DNA of 64,000 nucleotides, taken from contig CBDHDF010000010.1 in NCBI GenBank assembly GCA_965261545.1, forward strand, positions 640,001 through 704,000. Direction: 5' to 3'. Both the position numbers and the translations under genes were made by a program. This document shows positions 29,982-40,465 of the stretch, piece by piece. The notes below the pieces were generated by a model. It worked only from the letters and a program-made list of their open reading frames with translations, was not told where the DNA came from and did not search any database. Within the stretch, counting starts at the first letter, position 1; each line of letters begins with the position of its first letter. The stretch is from Bdellovibrionales bacterium (GTDB taxonomy: Bacteria; Bdellovibrionota; Bdellovibrionia; Bdellovibrionales; UBA1609).

Positions 29982-32096
29982 TCAGGATTTATCTTTATTA
30001 TCACCTTTGATATCATCTTTGACATCTCCTCTAGCAAAAATACTAGAAACATAGTGCAAAATATCTGTGGCTGATATTTCATCGTAACCAAAATTTTTAA
30101 TCAACCGACTCTTAACAACATCGATAGTACTTTGGGTATCCTTATTAGAAACAGAAGAAACTAAAGAAGTAAGATTAATACTATCTTTCTGATCTTCAAA
30201 TACCTTTTTTTCAAGTGCACTATAGAGTCTTTCATTGGTTCTATAGTCAAATTTTTTATCTTCCAAAGATAGGGCTCCAATATAGTTCATAATCTCCCTT
30301 CTAAAATCATCTTTTCTTGATTCAGGAATATCTATCTTCTCCTCAATACTTCTCATCATCCTCTCATCGGGCTCATCATCCTTGCCCGTAAACTGGTTTC
30401 TAACTTTTTCCTTCTGAGTATAAGCCTTGATATTGTCTATATAGTTAGCACAGAGGCGAGAAAGAGATTTCTCATCATTACTAATAGCCCTTTGAACCTC
30501 TCCTTTAATAATTTCTTCATACTCTTGACGAATCACGCTGAGTAACTCTCTGTATTCATTTTTTTTCTCCTCATCAGAAATAAGGGAATGATGCTTGAGT
30601 CCTGACTCTAATTCGTTGATAACCATAAAAGGATTCACAGAGCCATTATTCATCTGCTGAGATTGAACAATAGCATTGGAAATCTTATCCTGAATATATC
30701 TTGGAGAAATACCCTCAAGCCCCTCCCGATACGCCTCTTTTCTCAACTCTTTAACATTATCCTCCGTGTAATTGGGAAGCATACGACCGTCGTAGAGTTT
30801 AAGTTTTTGAAGTCTCGTAAGGTTTGCCTTCTTAGGTTTTTCCAAACGAGTGAGAATGGCCCACATCGCTGCCATCTCAATAGTGTGAGGAGCTATACTA
30901 ATACCTCTAATTTTTTGATGATTAAAGTCTTTTTTATAAATATTGACCTCTTTATGAAGTTTAGTGATATATGGAATATCTACTTTTACCGTTCTGTCTC
31001 GGAGAGCCTCCATAAATTCGTTATCTTGTAGCTTTCTATACTCAGGTTCGTTTGTATGACCAATAATGACTTCATCAATATATGTTTGGGCAAACTTCTT
31101 AGGCTTAACACGATGCTCTTGAGAAGCTCCCAAAAGATCGTATAAAAAAGCGACATCAAGCTTGAGAACTTCAATAAATTCAATCATACCCCGATTGGCA
31201 ACATTAAATTCACCATCAAAATTAAAAGCTCTTGGATCTGAATCAGTTCCATATTCTGCAATTTTTCTATAATTCAAGTCTCCTGTTAACTCTGTACTAT
31301 CTTGATTTTTCTCATCTTTAGGCTGAAAAGTTCCAATCCCAATACGATCTGCTTCACTGAGAACGATACGCTTCACTTTCACGTGATTTAAGACTTTAGA
31401 AACATCACCGCAATATCTCTCAAAAAGAGATTGAAATATAAAACGACTGGGGGGACAAAGCTCACCAACAATTTTAATCTTAAAAGAGTTATGAGAAGAA
31501 CCACGATTTAATTCTGCACACATGTTGTCTCTCATCTCACTGGGTACAAGTAGCAGTGGCTCTTCATTCATGGGACTTGGAAAGATTCTTACATTTTTCC
31601 CAAAAATATCTTCATGATTTCCCTCCTCATCGATCCAATCAAATGTATAAAGGGACCCTTCATCTTTCCTAGAGTACTTCTCTAAACCCTTCTTTAGGAG
31701 CCTACAAATGGTAGACTTAGCACTTCCCACGGGACCATGAAACAAAATAACTCTCTTCTCTGTTCCATATCCCATGGCTGCAGACCTCAGTATATTCATA
31801 AATCGCATGAGTGATATGTCCAAACCAAAAACAGCATCTACTCCATTGTTTTCTTCGTCATCAAAAAAATTGTAATGGGTCATCGTTTTTTTCATATCCA
31901 CATACTCTTGCGCTCCCCTTTCCATCACCATATCAAACATTCTTTGAAAAGCATTTCTCGTAATTTGAGGTTTCTTATGTGCCAGATTAAGATAATCATT
32001 AAAACTTCCATGCCAACTTAAGTCTTGATGCTGTCTTGCATGACTCCAGGTTTGAATCATAGTCTGAAAGTCTTGCCCATTAAATTCATTGGACAT
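29982..32096 (-). CDS. prkA: PrkA/YeaG family serine protein kinase (AAA+)
   Basis: [50 protein letters not shown]. Confidence 0.95.
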   Translation of the reverse strand: MSNEFNGQDFQTMIQTWSHARQHQDLSWHGSFNDYLNLAHKKPQITRNAFQRMFDMVMERGAQEYVDMKKTMTHYNFFDDEENNGVDAVFGLDISLMRFMNILRSAAMGYGTEKRVILFHGPVGSAKSTICRLLKKGLEKYSRKDEGSLYTFDWIDEEGNHEDIFGKNVRIFPSPMNEEPLLLVPSEMRDNMCAELNRGSSHNSFKIKIVGELCPPSRFIFQSLFERYCGDVSKVLNHVKVKRIVLSEADRIGIGTFQPKDEKNQDSTELTGDLNYRKIAEYGTDSDPRAFNFDGEFNVANRGMIEFIEVLKLDVAFLYDLLGASQEHRVKPKKFAQTYIDEVIIGHTNEPEYRKLQDNEFMEALRDRTVKVDIPYITKLHKEVNIYKKDFNHQKIRGISIAPHTIEMAAMWAILTRLEKPKKANLTRLQKLKLYDGRMLPNYTEDNVKELRKEAYREGLEGISPRYIQDKISNAIVQSQQMNNGSVNPFMVINELESGLKHHSLISDEEKKNEYRELLSVIRQEYEEIIKGEVQRAISNDEKSLSRLCANYIDNIKAYTQKEKVRNQFTGKDDEPDERMMRSIEEKIDIPESRKDDFRREIMNYIGALSLEDKKFDYRTNERLYSALEKKVFEDQKDSINLTSLVSSVSNKDTQSTIDVVKSRLIKNFGYDEISATDILHYVSSIFARGDVKDDIKGDNKDKS

Positions 32097-32233
32097 ATCT
32101 TCTCCCTTTATTTATAAATTTATAAATGAAACTTAATAACATTATACTCTATATTTTCCATAAGAATCTATGTTATCTTTTACAAGCCGTAAGTCCAAGT
32201 GACATGACCTTCGACTAGAACATACAAAAAAAC

Positions 32234-32875
32234 TTGCCACTTTTGCCCTCATACTTGAATGGTGAACAGGAGCTTCTTATTAAAACTTTAAAATCATCTT
32301 TCTTTACACAGGACACCATTGAAGTGGCTCGCTCACTTTTAGGTTGCTATTTAGTCAGACAAATAGACCACCTTACACTTGTCGGTCGCATTGTAGAAAC
32401 AGAAGCCTACCTTGGATTTCAAGACCCTTGCTGCCACAGCTTCAAAGGACTTCCAACAAAACGAACAGAGGCGATGTTCCTTCCTGGCGGCCATAGCTAT
32501 GTCTATTTTATTTATGGAATGTATTATTGTTTTAACGTGGTGACTCAACAAAAGGCCCCTGAAGCCGTCCTTATTCGAGCTTTGGAACCCATAGAGGGAA
32601 TCAGAGAAATGAGGAAAAGAAGAGGGTGCGAAAAAATCAAGAACTTGTGCTCAGGTCCTGGAAAACTATGTGAAGCCATGGGTATCACAAAAACCTTAAA
32701 CGCAAAAAAACTGAGTGAGAAAAAAGAGATTTATATTTTGAAAGATCACAAACGGATCCAAAAAATACAGACGGACCGCCGAGTGGGACTCCCCATCCAC
32801 GAAGATGCGGCCTATTGGCCACTAAGATTTTACGTTACAGATAACCCCTTTGTATCTGTTCATTGGGTCAAGTAA
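32234..32875 (+). CDS. DNA-3-methyladenine glycosylase (MPG/AAG family); start uncertain
   Basis: GRIVETEAYLG, YVYFIYGMYYCFNVV, AVLIRALEP, LCSGPGKLC. Confidence 0.93.
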   Translation: MPLLPSYLNGEQELLIKTLKSSFFTQDTIEVARSLLGCYLVRQIDHLTLVGRIVETEAYLGFQDPCCHSFKGLPTKRTEAMFLPGGHSYVYFIYGMYYCFNVVTQQKAPEAVLIRALEPIEGIREMRKRRGCEKIKNLCSGPGKLCEAMGITKTLNAKKLSEKKEIYILKDHKRIQKIQTDRRVGLPIHEDAAYWPLRFYVTDNPFVSVHWVK

Positions 32876-32938
32876 TCACTGGATCAAGTAAATAGGCGTT
32901 GAGTTAAGAAATCAGAAAAATATCCCGATAATTTCTTT

Positions 32939-33286
32939 ATGACTCACTCTCACACGAATCCATTTGGACTTCTCATCACCCTTATGATTCTTGTCGTTGG
33001 ACTACAAAAGATTCATATTCATTTTAAAGACCACTTCTCCACTGAGAAAGTCTATCGCCTGGAAATCCATCGCTTGCAAAATGCACTGGGAAGAGAGACC
33101 TTCCACCATAAAGTGACCCAATATCATCTGGCCAGCTCTAAAAAAGAACTGGATCAATTAAGAAAAAACTTCTCTAAATTGGCACCTGTTATTTCAAAAT
33201 GCAGAGAGAACTACAAAAAAGATCATAAAAAAAAGAGGACCTATAGAGACATTACCAGTTCTCAAGCTAAAAGTCCTTCTCAATGA
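32939..33286 (+). CDS. Hypothetical membrane-anchored coiled-coil protein
   Basis: N-terminal hydrophobic helix then amphipathic helix; fills the gap between genes. Confidence 0.55.
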   Translation: MTHSHTNPFGLLITLMILVVGLQKIHIHFKDHFSTEKVYRLEIHRLQNALGRETFHHKVTQYHLASSKKELDQLRKNFSKLAPVISKCRENYKKDHKKKRTYRDITSSQAKSPSQ

Positions 33287-33374
33287 CCATCACCAAGAAA
33301 ATAAACAGCAAGAAAATAAATAAAGCGTGAGAGTCATATTTTTTAGAGACTCTCCTACTCCCACCAAGACCACA

Positions 33375-33409
33375 GGCGAGCAAACTCCTCTTAAGAGTGG
33401 TTTCTCGCC
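33375..33409. terminator. Probable intrinsic terminator hairpin between convergent genes
   Basis: ggcgagcaaactcctc-ttaa-gagtggtttctcgcc imperfect inverted repeat followed by an AT-rich tract. Confidence 0.45.
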
Positions 33410-33457
33410 GTTATATTTATTATTCTATCTATTATTCTATCATCTATAAGATGCTAT

Positions 33458-34045
33458 TTATTCTACTGCTGTAGGATTATCCAAACTCTTATTGGAGTTA
33501 GGTAGGCTGGGTGTTTCTTCAACTTTGCTAAAATTGTTACTTTCCAGCGTCGAAATACAATTCTTATTCTTTACACTATTCGCAGCGCTCACCACACGCT
33601 CCTCCAAAGACTGCTTCAAGTCGTCAAAAGAGGGCTTCGCCTTTTCCACTGTCAATGGGTTGATCCTTGCGGAAGGTGAAGGCATTTGATTCTCAGCATA
33701 GTCTTTAGGAAAAGCTCCCAACTTGGCAAGATAGCTGGAAATACTCCCATTGCCATTTTGTATAATGTCACGAAGTGTAATAATCGGGGCATATTGTGCT
33801 GCCCTTTTCTCTGACTCAAAAATAATCTGAGTTAAAGTGGCCGGTGTGATATCATTTTTGGTCTTGTTATCAATCACTTTGACATCCTCATCAAAGCGAA
33901 TCATCTTCGCAATATCCTCCAAAGTCACATAGCAGCTTTGCTGTGTATCGTAGAGTTTACGATTTTGATATCTCTTAATAATCTTTAGTGACCTAACACC
34001 CGACCGAGATGGCTTATTCACTTTCATTAGCATTTCTTGGCTCAT
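33458..34045 (-). CDS. PhaR-type (PHB/PHA accumulation regulator) DNA-binding domain protein
   Basis: IIKRYQNRKLYDTQQSCYVTLEDI...DNKTKNDIT..TLTQIIFE; ATG 34045 after an AAGGAGG SD. Confidence 0.85.
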   Translation of the reverse strand: MSQEMLMKVNKPSRSGVRSLKIIKRYQNRKLYDTQQSCYVTLEDIAKMIRFDEDVKVIDNKTKNDITPATLTQIIFESEKRAAQYAPIITLRDIIQNGNGSISSYLAKLGAFPKDYAENQMPSPSARINPLTVEKAKPSFDDLKQSLEERVVSAANSVKNKNCISTLESNNFSKVEETPSLPNSNKSLDNPTAVE

Positions 34046-34475
34046 TGAACGGCCTCCTTTACCTTGGCTTATCAAGGTTTTATATAAGGGTTTTTCTATT
34101 ACTTATGTTGCCTGATCCATAGGACCACAAGGGACTGCAATAACTAAAACCACCACTCACCCATAAGAATGGCCCCTTTGACAACCTACGTCATGGCGGC
34201 ACCATATGGAATGCGTCATGACCTGTCAAGTCCCTTTTATCAGATGGCATAAGTATTCTAAAAAATCTGAAATAATTACAGCCTCCCAACCCATTGAATA
34301 ACAAAATATCTGCCAAGGCAGCCCTCCTCACCCAAAGACGAGACGAATTTCCAAGAAACACAGGGTTCTATCCGAAATCTAAGACATATCTTTCCCACTT
34401 TTGGGACCACTCCAGGGAAGATGCGGTACATAAGGGTCTCACTGCACACAAAAGCCACATCTCGGCCCTTTCAAG

Positions 34476-34492
34476 TTGGTATGAAATTTGAT
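34476..34492 (+). promoter_or_regulatory. Putative sigma-54 (-24/-12) promoter, variant -12 element
   Basis: TTGGTATGAAATTTGAT: GG-N10-GA, about 80 bp upstream of the FHA/sigma-54 activator gene. Confidence 0.4.
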
Positions 34493-34571
34493 TAAGACAA
34501 AACTAACCCACATGATTTAAGAAAATAGAAATTCAAATAAACAGTTACTAAAAAACAAAGGAAAATCATCT

Positions 34572-35918
34572 ATGAAAAATATGAAGTCATCTTATATTCA
34601 AGATCAAAATCATAACCATGAAAAGCCCCCGAGTCAGGAAAGAAACCTACTCCAGAAAAAGACCCTAGCCCATGAAAAACAAGCTTTTCTCACTCTATGT
34701 AATAACTCGGGATTACAGAAATATCGACTTGGAGAGTACGTCACCCTAGGAAAGTCTGTGGAAAATCAGATTCAAGTGATAGACGAAAAAGTGTCTTCCA
34801 AGCACCTACGGATCGACCTCACATACAAGGGCTTTCTACTCCAAGACCTGAAGAGTCACCATGGAACATTTGTCAATAATACCTACGTTTTATCCTGCTA
34901 CCTCAAAGAAGGAGATCGAATCAACGTTGGCCATCACAGCTTTCTCTTTAGCCAAACCTTTAGTCATTATCAAGACCACTTCAAATCCCTCAAAAGCCAG
35001 AACCCATCTTGGCAAAAGCAGCTCTCTAAACTTCCACAAATATCTCAATCCAACTTTCCCGTTCTTATTGCAGGTCCCTCTGGAACAGGTAAAGAACTTG
35101 TAGCAAGATTTATCCATAACAATTCAAATAGATCCAAAGGACCTCTAGTCAGCATCAACTGTAGCGCTCTCAACGCTAACCTCATTGAAAGCGAGTTGTT
35201 TGGACATAAAAAGGGTAGCTTTACAGGCGCTGAACAAAACCGCAAAGGAGCCTTTCTAGCCGCTCAAGGAGGAACTCTTTTTTTAGATGAAATCGGTGAT
35301 CTTCCACAAGATTTTCAACCAAAATTTCTTCGCGCCCTAGAAAATAACGAAATCAAACCTGTTGGTAGTGACAGCTCTCTTCCCACGGATGTCCGCATTA
35401 TTGCTGCCACTCACCAAAATCTCAAAAACCATGTGATTCAAGAAAAATTTCGTGCTGATTTATTTTATCGCCTGAACGTGTTGCCCATCTCTATACCGTC
35501 CCTCAAAAATCGCCTCGAAGACTTTGAAAACCTGCTCTTCCAAATGGCTAAACACCTCAAAGTGCATTTTACCCGTGAAGCTATTGAAAAATTAAAACAA
35601 CATCCATGGCCTGGCAATATTCGCGAGCTTAAAACGGCTGTGGCACGAGCCCATACCTTTTGTGAAGACAAAATCGTTAGAGAGACCGATATCAAACATA
35701 TCGTTGATGCATTCAATGTAAGAAGTTATACATCCAACAAAAACCTCTCTTTGATTCAAGAAACTGAAAAAAAAATGATCTGTCGCAGTCTCATGGACCA
35801 CAATGGGAATCAGAAAAAAACGGCCATGGATCTAGGTATGCCTCGAAGCACGCTTCACGACCGAATCAAACTGTATGAAATTAATATCAAACAACTTGTG
35901 AGCAAAGATATCTCTTGA
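34572..35918 (+). CDS. FHA-domain sigma-54-dependent transcriptional activator (Fis-type HTH)
   Basis: FHA (GK...VSSKH...DLKSHHGTFVN), GPSGTGKE, GSFTGA, LFLDEIGD, RADLFYRL, WPGNIREL, C-terminal HTH. Confidence 0.93.
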   Translation: MKNMKSSYIQDQNHNHEKPPSQERNLLQKKTLAHEKQAFLTLCNNSGLQKYRLGEYVTLGKSVENQIQVIDEKVSSKHLRIDLTYKGFLLQDLKSHHGTFVNNTYVLSCYLKEGDRINVGHHSFLFSQTFSHYQDHFKSLKSQNPSWQKQLSKLPQISQSNFPVLIAGPSGTGKELVARFIHNNSNRSKGPLVSINCSALNANLIESELFGHKKGSFTGAEQNRKGAFLAAQGGTLFLDEIGDLPQDFQPKFLRALENNEIKPVGSDSSLPTDVRIIAATHQNLKNHVIQEKFRADLFYRLNVLPISIPSLKNRLEDFENLLFQMAKHLKVHFTREAIEKLKQHPWPGNIRELKTAVARAHTFCEDKIVRETDIKHIVDAFNVRSYTSNKNLSLIQETEKKMICRSLMDHNGNQKKTAMDLGMPRSTLHDRIKLYEINIKQLVSKDIS

Positions 35919-36072
35919 ATCAAAGCTTCTTGAAAACCTCTTCAACAAAAATGGGTGGCCCATTCCACCGAAATAGACAGGACCCACCACCGGGGACCCA
36001 CCGCTAACACCTCCGGCTCCATCCGGTCCGGGGGCACCACTGAAAGATAATTCACCGATGGAGCATGATGCC

Positions 36073-38037
36073 TCACTCCACCGTGACTGATTTAGCCAAA
36101 TTTCTCGGTTGATCCACATTATGACCAAGGGCATGGGCGACATGGAAGGCGAGAAGCTGTAAAGGAATGAGTTCCAAGAAAGGAACCATGCTCCACGGAA
36201 CCTTCGGAAGGGATAAATACTCTTCACTCAATGCCTTTAAAGGAATATTATCACCTGTACCAATGGAGATGAGTTGCCCTCCACGGGCACGAGATTCCTC
36301 AATATTGCTCATGGTCTTTTCATAGAGGGTGTCACTGGGAGCGAGGGCCACAATAGCCATGTTTTTGTCGATAAGGGCAAGGGGACCGTGTTTCATTTCC
36401 CCTGCGGCATAGCCCTCCGCATGCATATAAGCAAGTTCCTTAAGCTTAAGAGCCCCTTCCATAGCCACGGGGTAATGAATACCTCTACCAATATACAAAA
36501 AACCTTTGTACTTTGTAAGAGCTTGGGCCGCCTCACTAAAAAAATGATCGTAGGCGAGAATATTTTCCATATGGCTAGAAATTTCAAGCAAGGCGAGAAT
36601 GGACTCTTGCTCCTTGACCCTTGCCAGCCGTCCATGGGCTTTGGCCATTTGAAGAGCAAGCAAATGTAAAATAGCTAAAGTGCATGTCAGTGCCTTGGTG
36701 CTTGCAACACCCACCTCAATGCCAGCATTCATATATAAACGCCCTTCTGACTCCCGGTCCATGGTGGAGTTCTTGACATTGCAGATAGTGAGAATGCGAG
36801 GCTGGCTTTCTTTCACAAGCCTCAAAGCCGCCAAACTATCTGCGGTCTCTCCACTTTGTGAAATGAGAATCACCAAGGAGTTTTTAGGAATAATCGGATG
36901 GCGATAACGAAATTCACTGGCCACATCCACCTCCACAGGCAGTCCCACAAGGCTTTCAATGATATACTCCCCCATCAAGCCTGCATAAAAGCTTGTGCCA
37001 CAGGCGACAATAAAAACACGCTCCACAGACTTCAAAACTTCATGAGTGCAAGCTAAGTCTTTTTCAATATCCTCCCCCCCATGAAATTCAATACCCCCTC
37101 CATGAAACCCATCAGAGCTCTCACCGAGGCTTTCACAAGAGGTCCCGACCGGGGCCCCCCTGGGAGTCTCACAAGAAAACCCCACTCCTGAGAGACGAAT
37201 ACTTTTTGTTTCAATATCGATATGGGGAGCTATGGCCGCCGCCACGGCCCTGGGCTGCTCGTAAATCTCTTTGAGCATAAAGTGGGAATAACCCTGCTTC
37301 TCAGCCCTCTCCTCACTCCAGTCAAGTATCGTGGGCAGCCTTTTCTTACCTTCTTCTCGCTCCCCCTGTTGAAAAAAGTGAACCTCTGTTTTTTGAATAT
37401 GAACAACTTCTTCGTCATTGATGTAAAGAACCTGTTTTGTATGGGGAGCTATGGCCAAAATATCACTGGCGACAATGGTGAAATCTTTGCCCAACCCCAC
37501 AATGAGAGGAGGCCCCTTTTTAAAGGCCACAAGTTCATGGGGATGATCTTCAGAAATAGCGAGGACAGAATAAGCCCCCGTGATTTTCTCCACAACAGCC
37601 ATGGCCCCACTCACAAGGTCCAAGCCCTTATCTATTTGCTGAGCCATGAGATGGGCAATCAACTCAGAGTCTGTGTCGGACTCAAGAGAGACCCCAAGCC
37701 GACACAATTCCTCCCTGAGTTCAATATAGTTTTCTATAACTCCATTGTGCACAATGCTCACCCCCTTGGCACAATGGGGATGGGCATTTCGCTCTGTGGG
37801 AGCTCCATGGGTGGCCCACCGAGTGTGACCAATTCCAAGTTGGCCATCAAAGACCTCACCCGCGAGCTTCTTTTCAAGTTCAATGAGCTTACCTTGAGCT
37901 CGAATCCGTTTGAAGACTCCCCGATGCAAAGTGGTCAAGCCCGCACTGTCATAGCCTCGATATTCAAGTTTTTTAAGCCCATCTAAGATGACATCCACGG
38001 GCCTATCAGGCCCGTAATAGCCAATGATTCCACACAT
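36073..38037 (-). CDS. glmS: Glutamine-fructose-6-phosphate aminotransferase
   Basis: MCGIIG, GHTRWATHG, SQSGETAD, VASTK, PRNLAKSVTVE. Confidence 0.98.
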   Translation of the reverse strand: MCGIIGYYGPDRPVDVILDGLKKLEYRGYDSAGLTTLHRGVFKRIRAQGKLIELEKKLAGEVFDGQLGIGHTRWATHGAPTERNAHPHCAKGVSIVHNGVIENYIELREELCRLGVSLESDTDSELIAHLMAQQIDKGLDLVSGAMAVVEKITGAYSVLAISEDHPHELVAFKKGPPLIVGLGKDFTIVASDILAIAPHTKQVLYINDEEVVHIQKTEVHFFQQGEREEGKKRLPTILDWSEERAEKQGYSHFMLKEIYEQPRAVAAAIAPHIDIETKSIRLSGVGFSCETPRGAPVGTSCESLGESSDGFHGGGIEFHGGEDIEKDLACTHEVLKSVERVFIVACGTSFYAGLMGEYIIESLVGLPVEVDVASEFRYRHPIIPKNSLVILISQSGETADSLAALRLVKESQPRILTICNVKNSTMDRESEGRLYMNAGIEVGVASTKALTCTLAILHLLALQMAKAHGRLARVKEQESILALLEISSHMENILAYDHFFSEAAQALTKYKGFLYIGRGIHYPVAMEGALKLKELAYMHAEGYAAGEMKHGPLALIDKNMAIVALAPSDTLYEKTMSNIEESRARGGQLISIGTGDNIPLKALSEEYLSLPKVPWSMVPFLELIPLQLLAFHVAHALGHNVDQPRNLAKSVTVE

Positions 38038-38040
38038 CGC

Positions 38041-39489
38041 TTATTCCACTTTATTTGGTGCCCGTAGTTTATCTGATGCCAACGGTTTGCTTGGTGCTGG
38101 TGGACAAGGGGGCTTGTAGTCTTTTTTAATCGTCTGCTGGCTACGGCTCAACCCCAAAGCCCCCTCGGGAATGTCTTTGGTGATCGTCGAGCCCGAACCC
38201 ACATAGGCATTATCCCCCACAGTGACCGGAGCCACAAATTGGGTATCACTACCCACAAAGACATTTTTCCCAATGATGGTCCTGTATTTCTTTTTATCCG
38301 TGGCATAATTACAAGTAATCGTGCCACAACCAATATTGGTGCCCTCCCCCACAGTGGCATCCCCTAAGTAGGTTAAGTGAGATGCCTGGGCACCACGACC
38401 AAACTCTACATTTTTCATCTCCACAAAGTTGCCAATCTTGGCCCCATGGCCAATCTTTGTTTCGGGTCGAAGCCGAGCATAGGGGCCGATCACAGATCGA
38501 GATTTCACTTGAACACTTTCAAAATAACAACCGGCCTTGATTTGAACATTGTCTCCAATATGACTGTTTATCACAAATCCATGGGGCTCTAGAACACAGT
38601 ATTTTCCAATGCGTGTGGGGCCCTTGATATAGACACCGGGATAAATCACTGTTCCCGCACCAATCTCCACGCCCTCTTCAATATAAGTGGCCTTTGGATC
38701 GACAATGACAACTCCATGGAGCAAATGCTTTTGAAGAATTCTCTGGAAAAGAGACTTGGTGGCCTTGGCAAGCTCCCTTTGAGTATTCACACCACAAGCC
38801 ACTCTCGGGGAAACAGCAATGGTCCCCAGGAGAAGCCCCGCCTCTTTCATCAAGGAGACCACATGGGTGAGATAAAGCTCCCCCTGGGCATTTTGCAATG
38901 AAACTTTTTGAGTTGAAGATTGTTGAGGTGAAATTTGGGGCAGATACTCACTTAAAATCTTGGCCTGAGTGACATAAATACCTGTATTCACCTCTTTGAT
39001 TTTTTTTGTTTCCACCGAGGCATCTTTGACTTCCACAATGGAGTGAAACTCGCGGTGGTGCCTGACAATACGGCCAAAGGCACCAGGTTTTTTAAGTTCA
39101 CATGTGGCCACAGAGAGAGCCGTTTTTTGGGCCTGAAATTTTTCCAAAATATGAAAAATGTCCTTGCTATCAATCAAAGGGTGATCGCCATTGAGAACAA
39201 TGACACCCCCATCCATAGTGCTTGGGTCAGCTGCTATCACGGCATCCGCTGTCCCCCTAGGCAACTCTTGCTTCATACAAATACAACCCAGGGGTTCGAC
39301 AACCTGGCGGACCAATGACTCGCCATGTCCTACAACAACTCGAATATGACGAATACCTGCCCCTTGGAGAGCCTGAACAATTCTATATAAAATAGGACGG
39401 CCAGCCACCGGATGCAGACACTTGGGCAAAGGGGAGTTCATACGAGTCCCTTGACCTGCGGCCAATATAATTGCAGAGAAATTAGACAT
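38041..39489 (-). CDS. glmU: Bifunctional UDP-GlcNAc pyrophosphorylase / GlcN-1-P acetyltransferase
   Basis: LAAGQGTRM, EVNTGIY, hexapeptide repeats, GNFVEMK, HLTYLGDA, GTITCNY. Confidence 0.97.
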   Translation of the reverse strand: MSNFSAIILAAGQGTRMNSPLPKCLHPVAGRPILYRIVQALQGAGIRHIRVVVGHGESLVRQVVEPLGCICMKQELPRGTADAVIAADPSTMDGGVIVLNGDHPLIDSKDIFHILEKFQAQKTALSVATCELKKPGAFGRIVRHHREFHSIVEVKDASVETKKIKEVNTGIYVTQAKILSEYLPQISPQQSSTQKVSLQNAQGELYLTHVVSLMKEAGLLLGTIAVSPRVACGVNTQRELAKATKSLFQRILQKHLLHGVVIVDPKATYIEEGVEIGAGTVIYPGVYIKGPTRIGKYCVLEPHGFVINSHIGDNVQIKAGCYFESVQVKSRSVIGPYARLRPETKIGHGAKIGNFVEMKNVEFGRGAQASHLTYLGDATVGEGTNIGCGTITCNYATDKKKYRTIIGKNVFVGSDTQFVAPVTVGDNAYVGSGSTITKDIPEGALGLSRSQQTIKKDYKPPCPPAPSKPLASDKLRAPNKVE

Positions 39490-39640
39490 ATCCCACCATG
39501 TCTAAGGAGAAAAGAACCTAAGGTCAACCCTAACTTGGAACAGTCCTAATTTATGAATGACTTGATAATTAAATAAATATATATATGGTACGTGACGGAG
39601 TGTGTGACGGATTTGCGATGGAGTGTGTGATGAATGTGTG

Positions 39641-40465
39641 ATGAAGATGAACTTGAATCTTAGCGGCAAAACGGCCTTGGTTTGTGGGGCCTCTAGGGGA
39701 ATCGGAGCGGCCTCGGCCCATCAATTGGCCTCCCAAGGGGCCACAATCATCGGAGTCGCTCGAAACCAAGACTCTTTATCCAAGCTCTGTGCTAGCTTGG
39801 GAAGTGTTTCCGACGGTATTTCCAATCAAAAATCCCATAAACAGAAGCCCCACAGCTATATCGCCGTGGATGTTTCCCAAGGGGAAGAACTTCGCCAAAA
39901 AGTGGAAGAAAACATTCGAGAGTATGGCCCCATTTCCATTTTGGTTTGCAATGCCGGAGGACCACCCGCAGGCCCTTTGCTAGGAGCATCGCCCGAAGCC
40001 TTTCTCACATGCTTTAAAACCCATGTCCTCGCCAACCAAATTCTCGTGCAGTTGTTAACCCCTGGAATGAAAAAACAAGGCTTTGGAAGAATCATCAATA
40101 TTATTTCTACTTCTGTTAAAATCCCCATCCCCAACCTAGGAGTTTCCAATACCATCCGTGGAGCCGTCGCCAGTTGGTCTAAAACCTTGGCCAATGAACT
40201 TGGCCCCTTTCACATCACGGTGAACAATATTTTACCTGGCTTTACAGCTACGGAAAGACTGGACTCTTTAAAAGAAGCTGCCTCCAAAAGACTTGGAAAA
40301 ACTCCCTTGGAAATCGAAGATATGTGGAAAAAAACCATCCCTGCGGGACGATTTGCACAACCCACGGAGACAGCCTCTGCCGTTGCCTTTCTAGCGAGCC
40401 CTGCGGCCAGCTATATCAACGGCGTAAGCCTTCCCGTGGATGGAGGAAGGACAGGCTGCCTGTGA
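39641..40465 (+). CDS. SDR family oxidoreductase (BKR-like subgroup, SNTIR in place of YxxxK)
   Basis: GASRGIG, NAGGPP, GRIINI, VNNILPG..T, VDGG. Confidence 0.9.
   Translation: MKMNLNLSGKTALVCGASRGIGAASAHQLASQGATIIGVARNQDSLSKLCASLGSVSDGISNQKSHKQKPHSYIAVDVSQGEELRQKVEENIREYGPISILVCNAGGPPAGPLLGASPEAFLTCFKTHVLANQILVQLLTPGMKKQGFGRIINIISTSVKIPIPNLGVSNTIRGAVASWSKTLANELGPFHITVNNILPGFTATERLDSLKEAASKRLGKTPLEIEDMWKKTIPAGRFAQPTETASAVAFLASPAASYINGVSLPVDGGRTGCL

Noticed and set aside
35919..36110. attTn7 site at the glmS 3' end
   Set aside because: No Tn7 ends or tns genes; only about 150 bp separate glmS from a convergent gene, so the site appears empty
37222..37986. 254-aa plus-strand ORF
   Set aside because: Antisense to glmS with no recognisable motif
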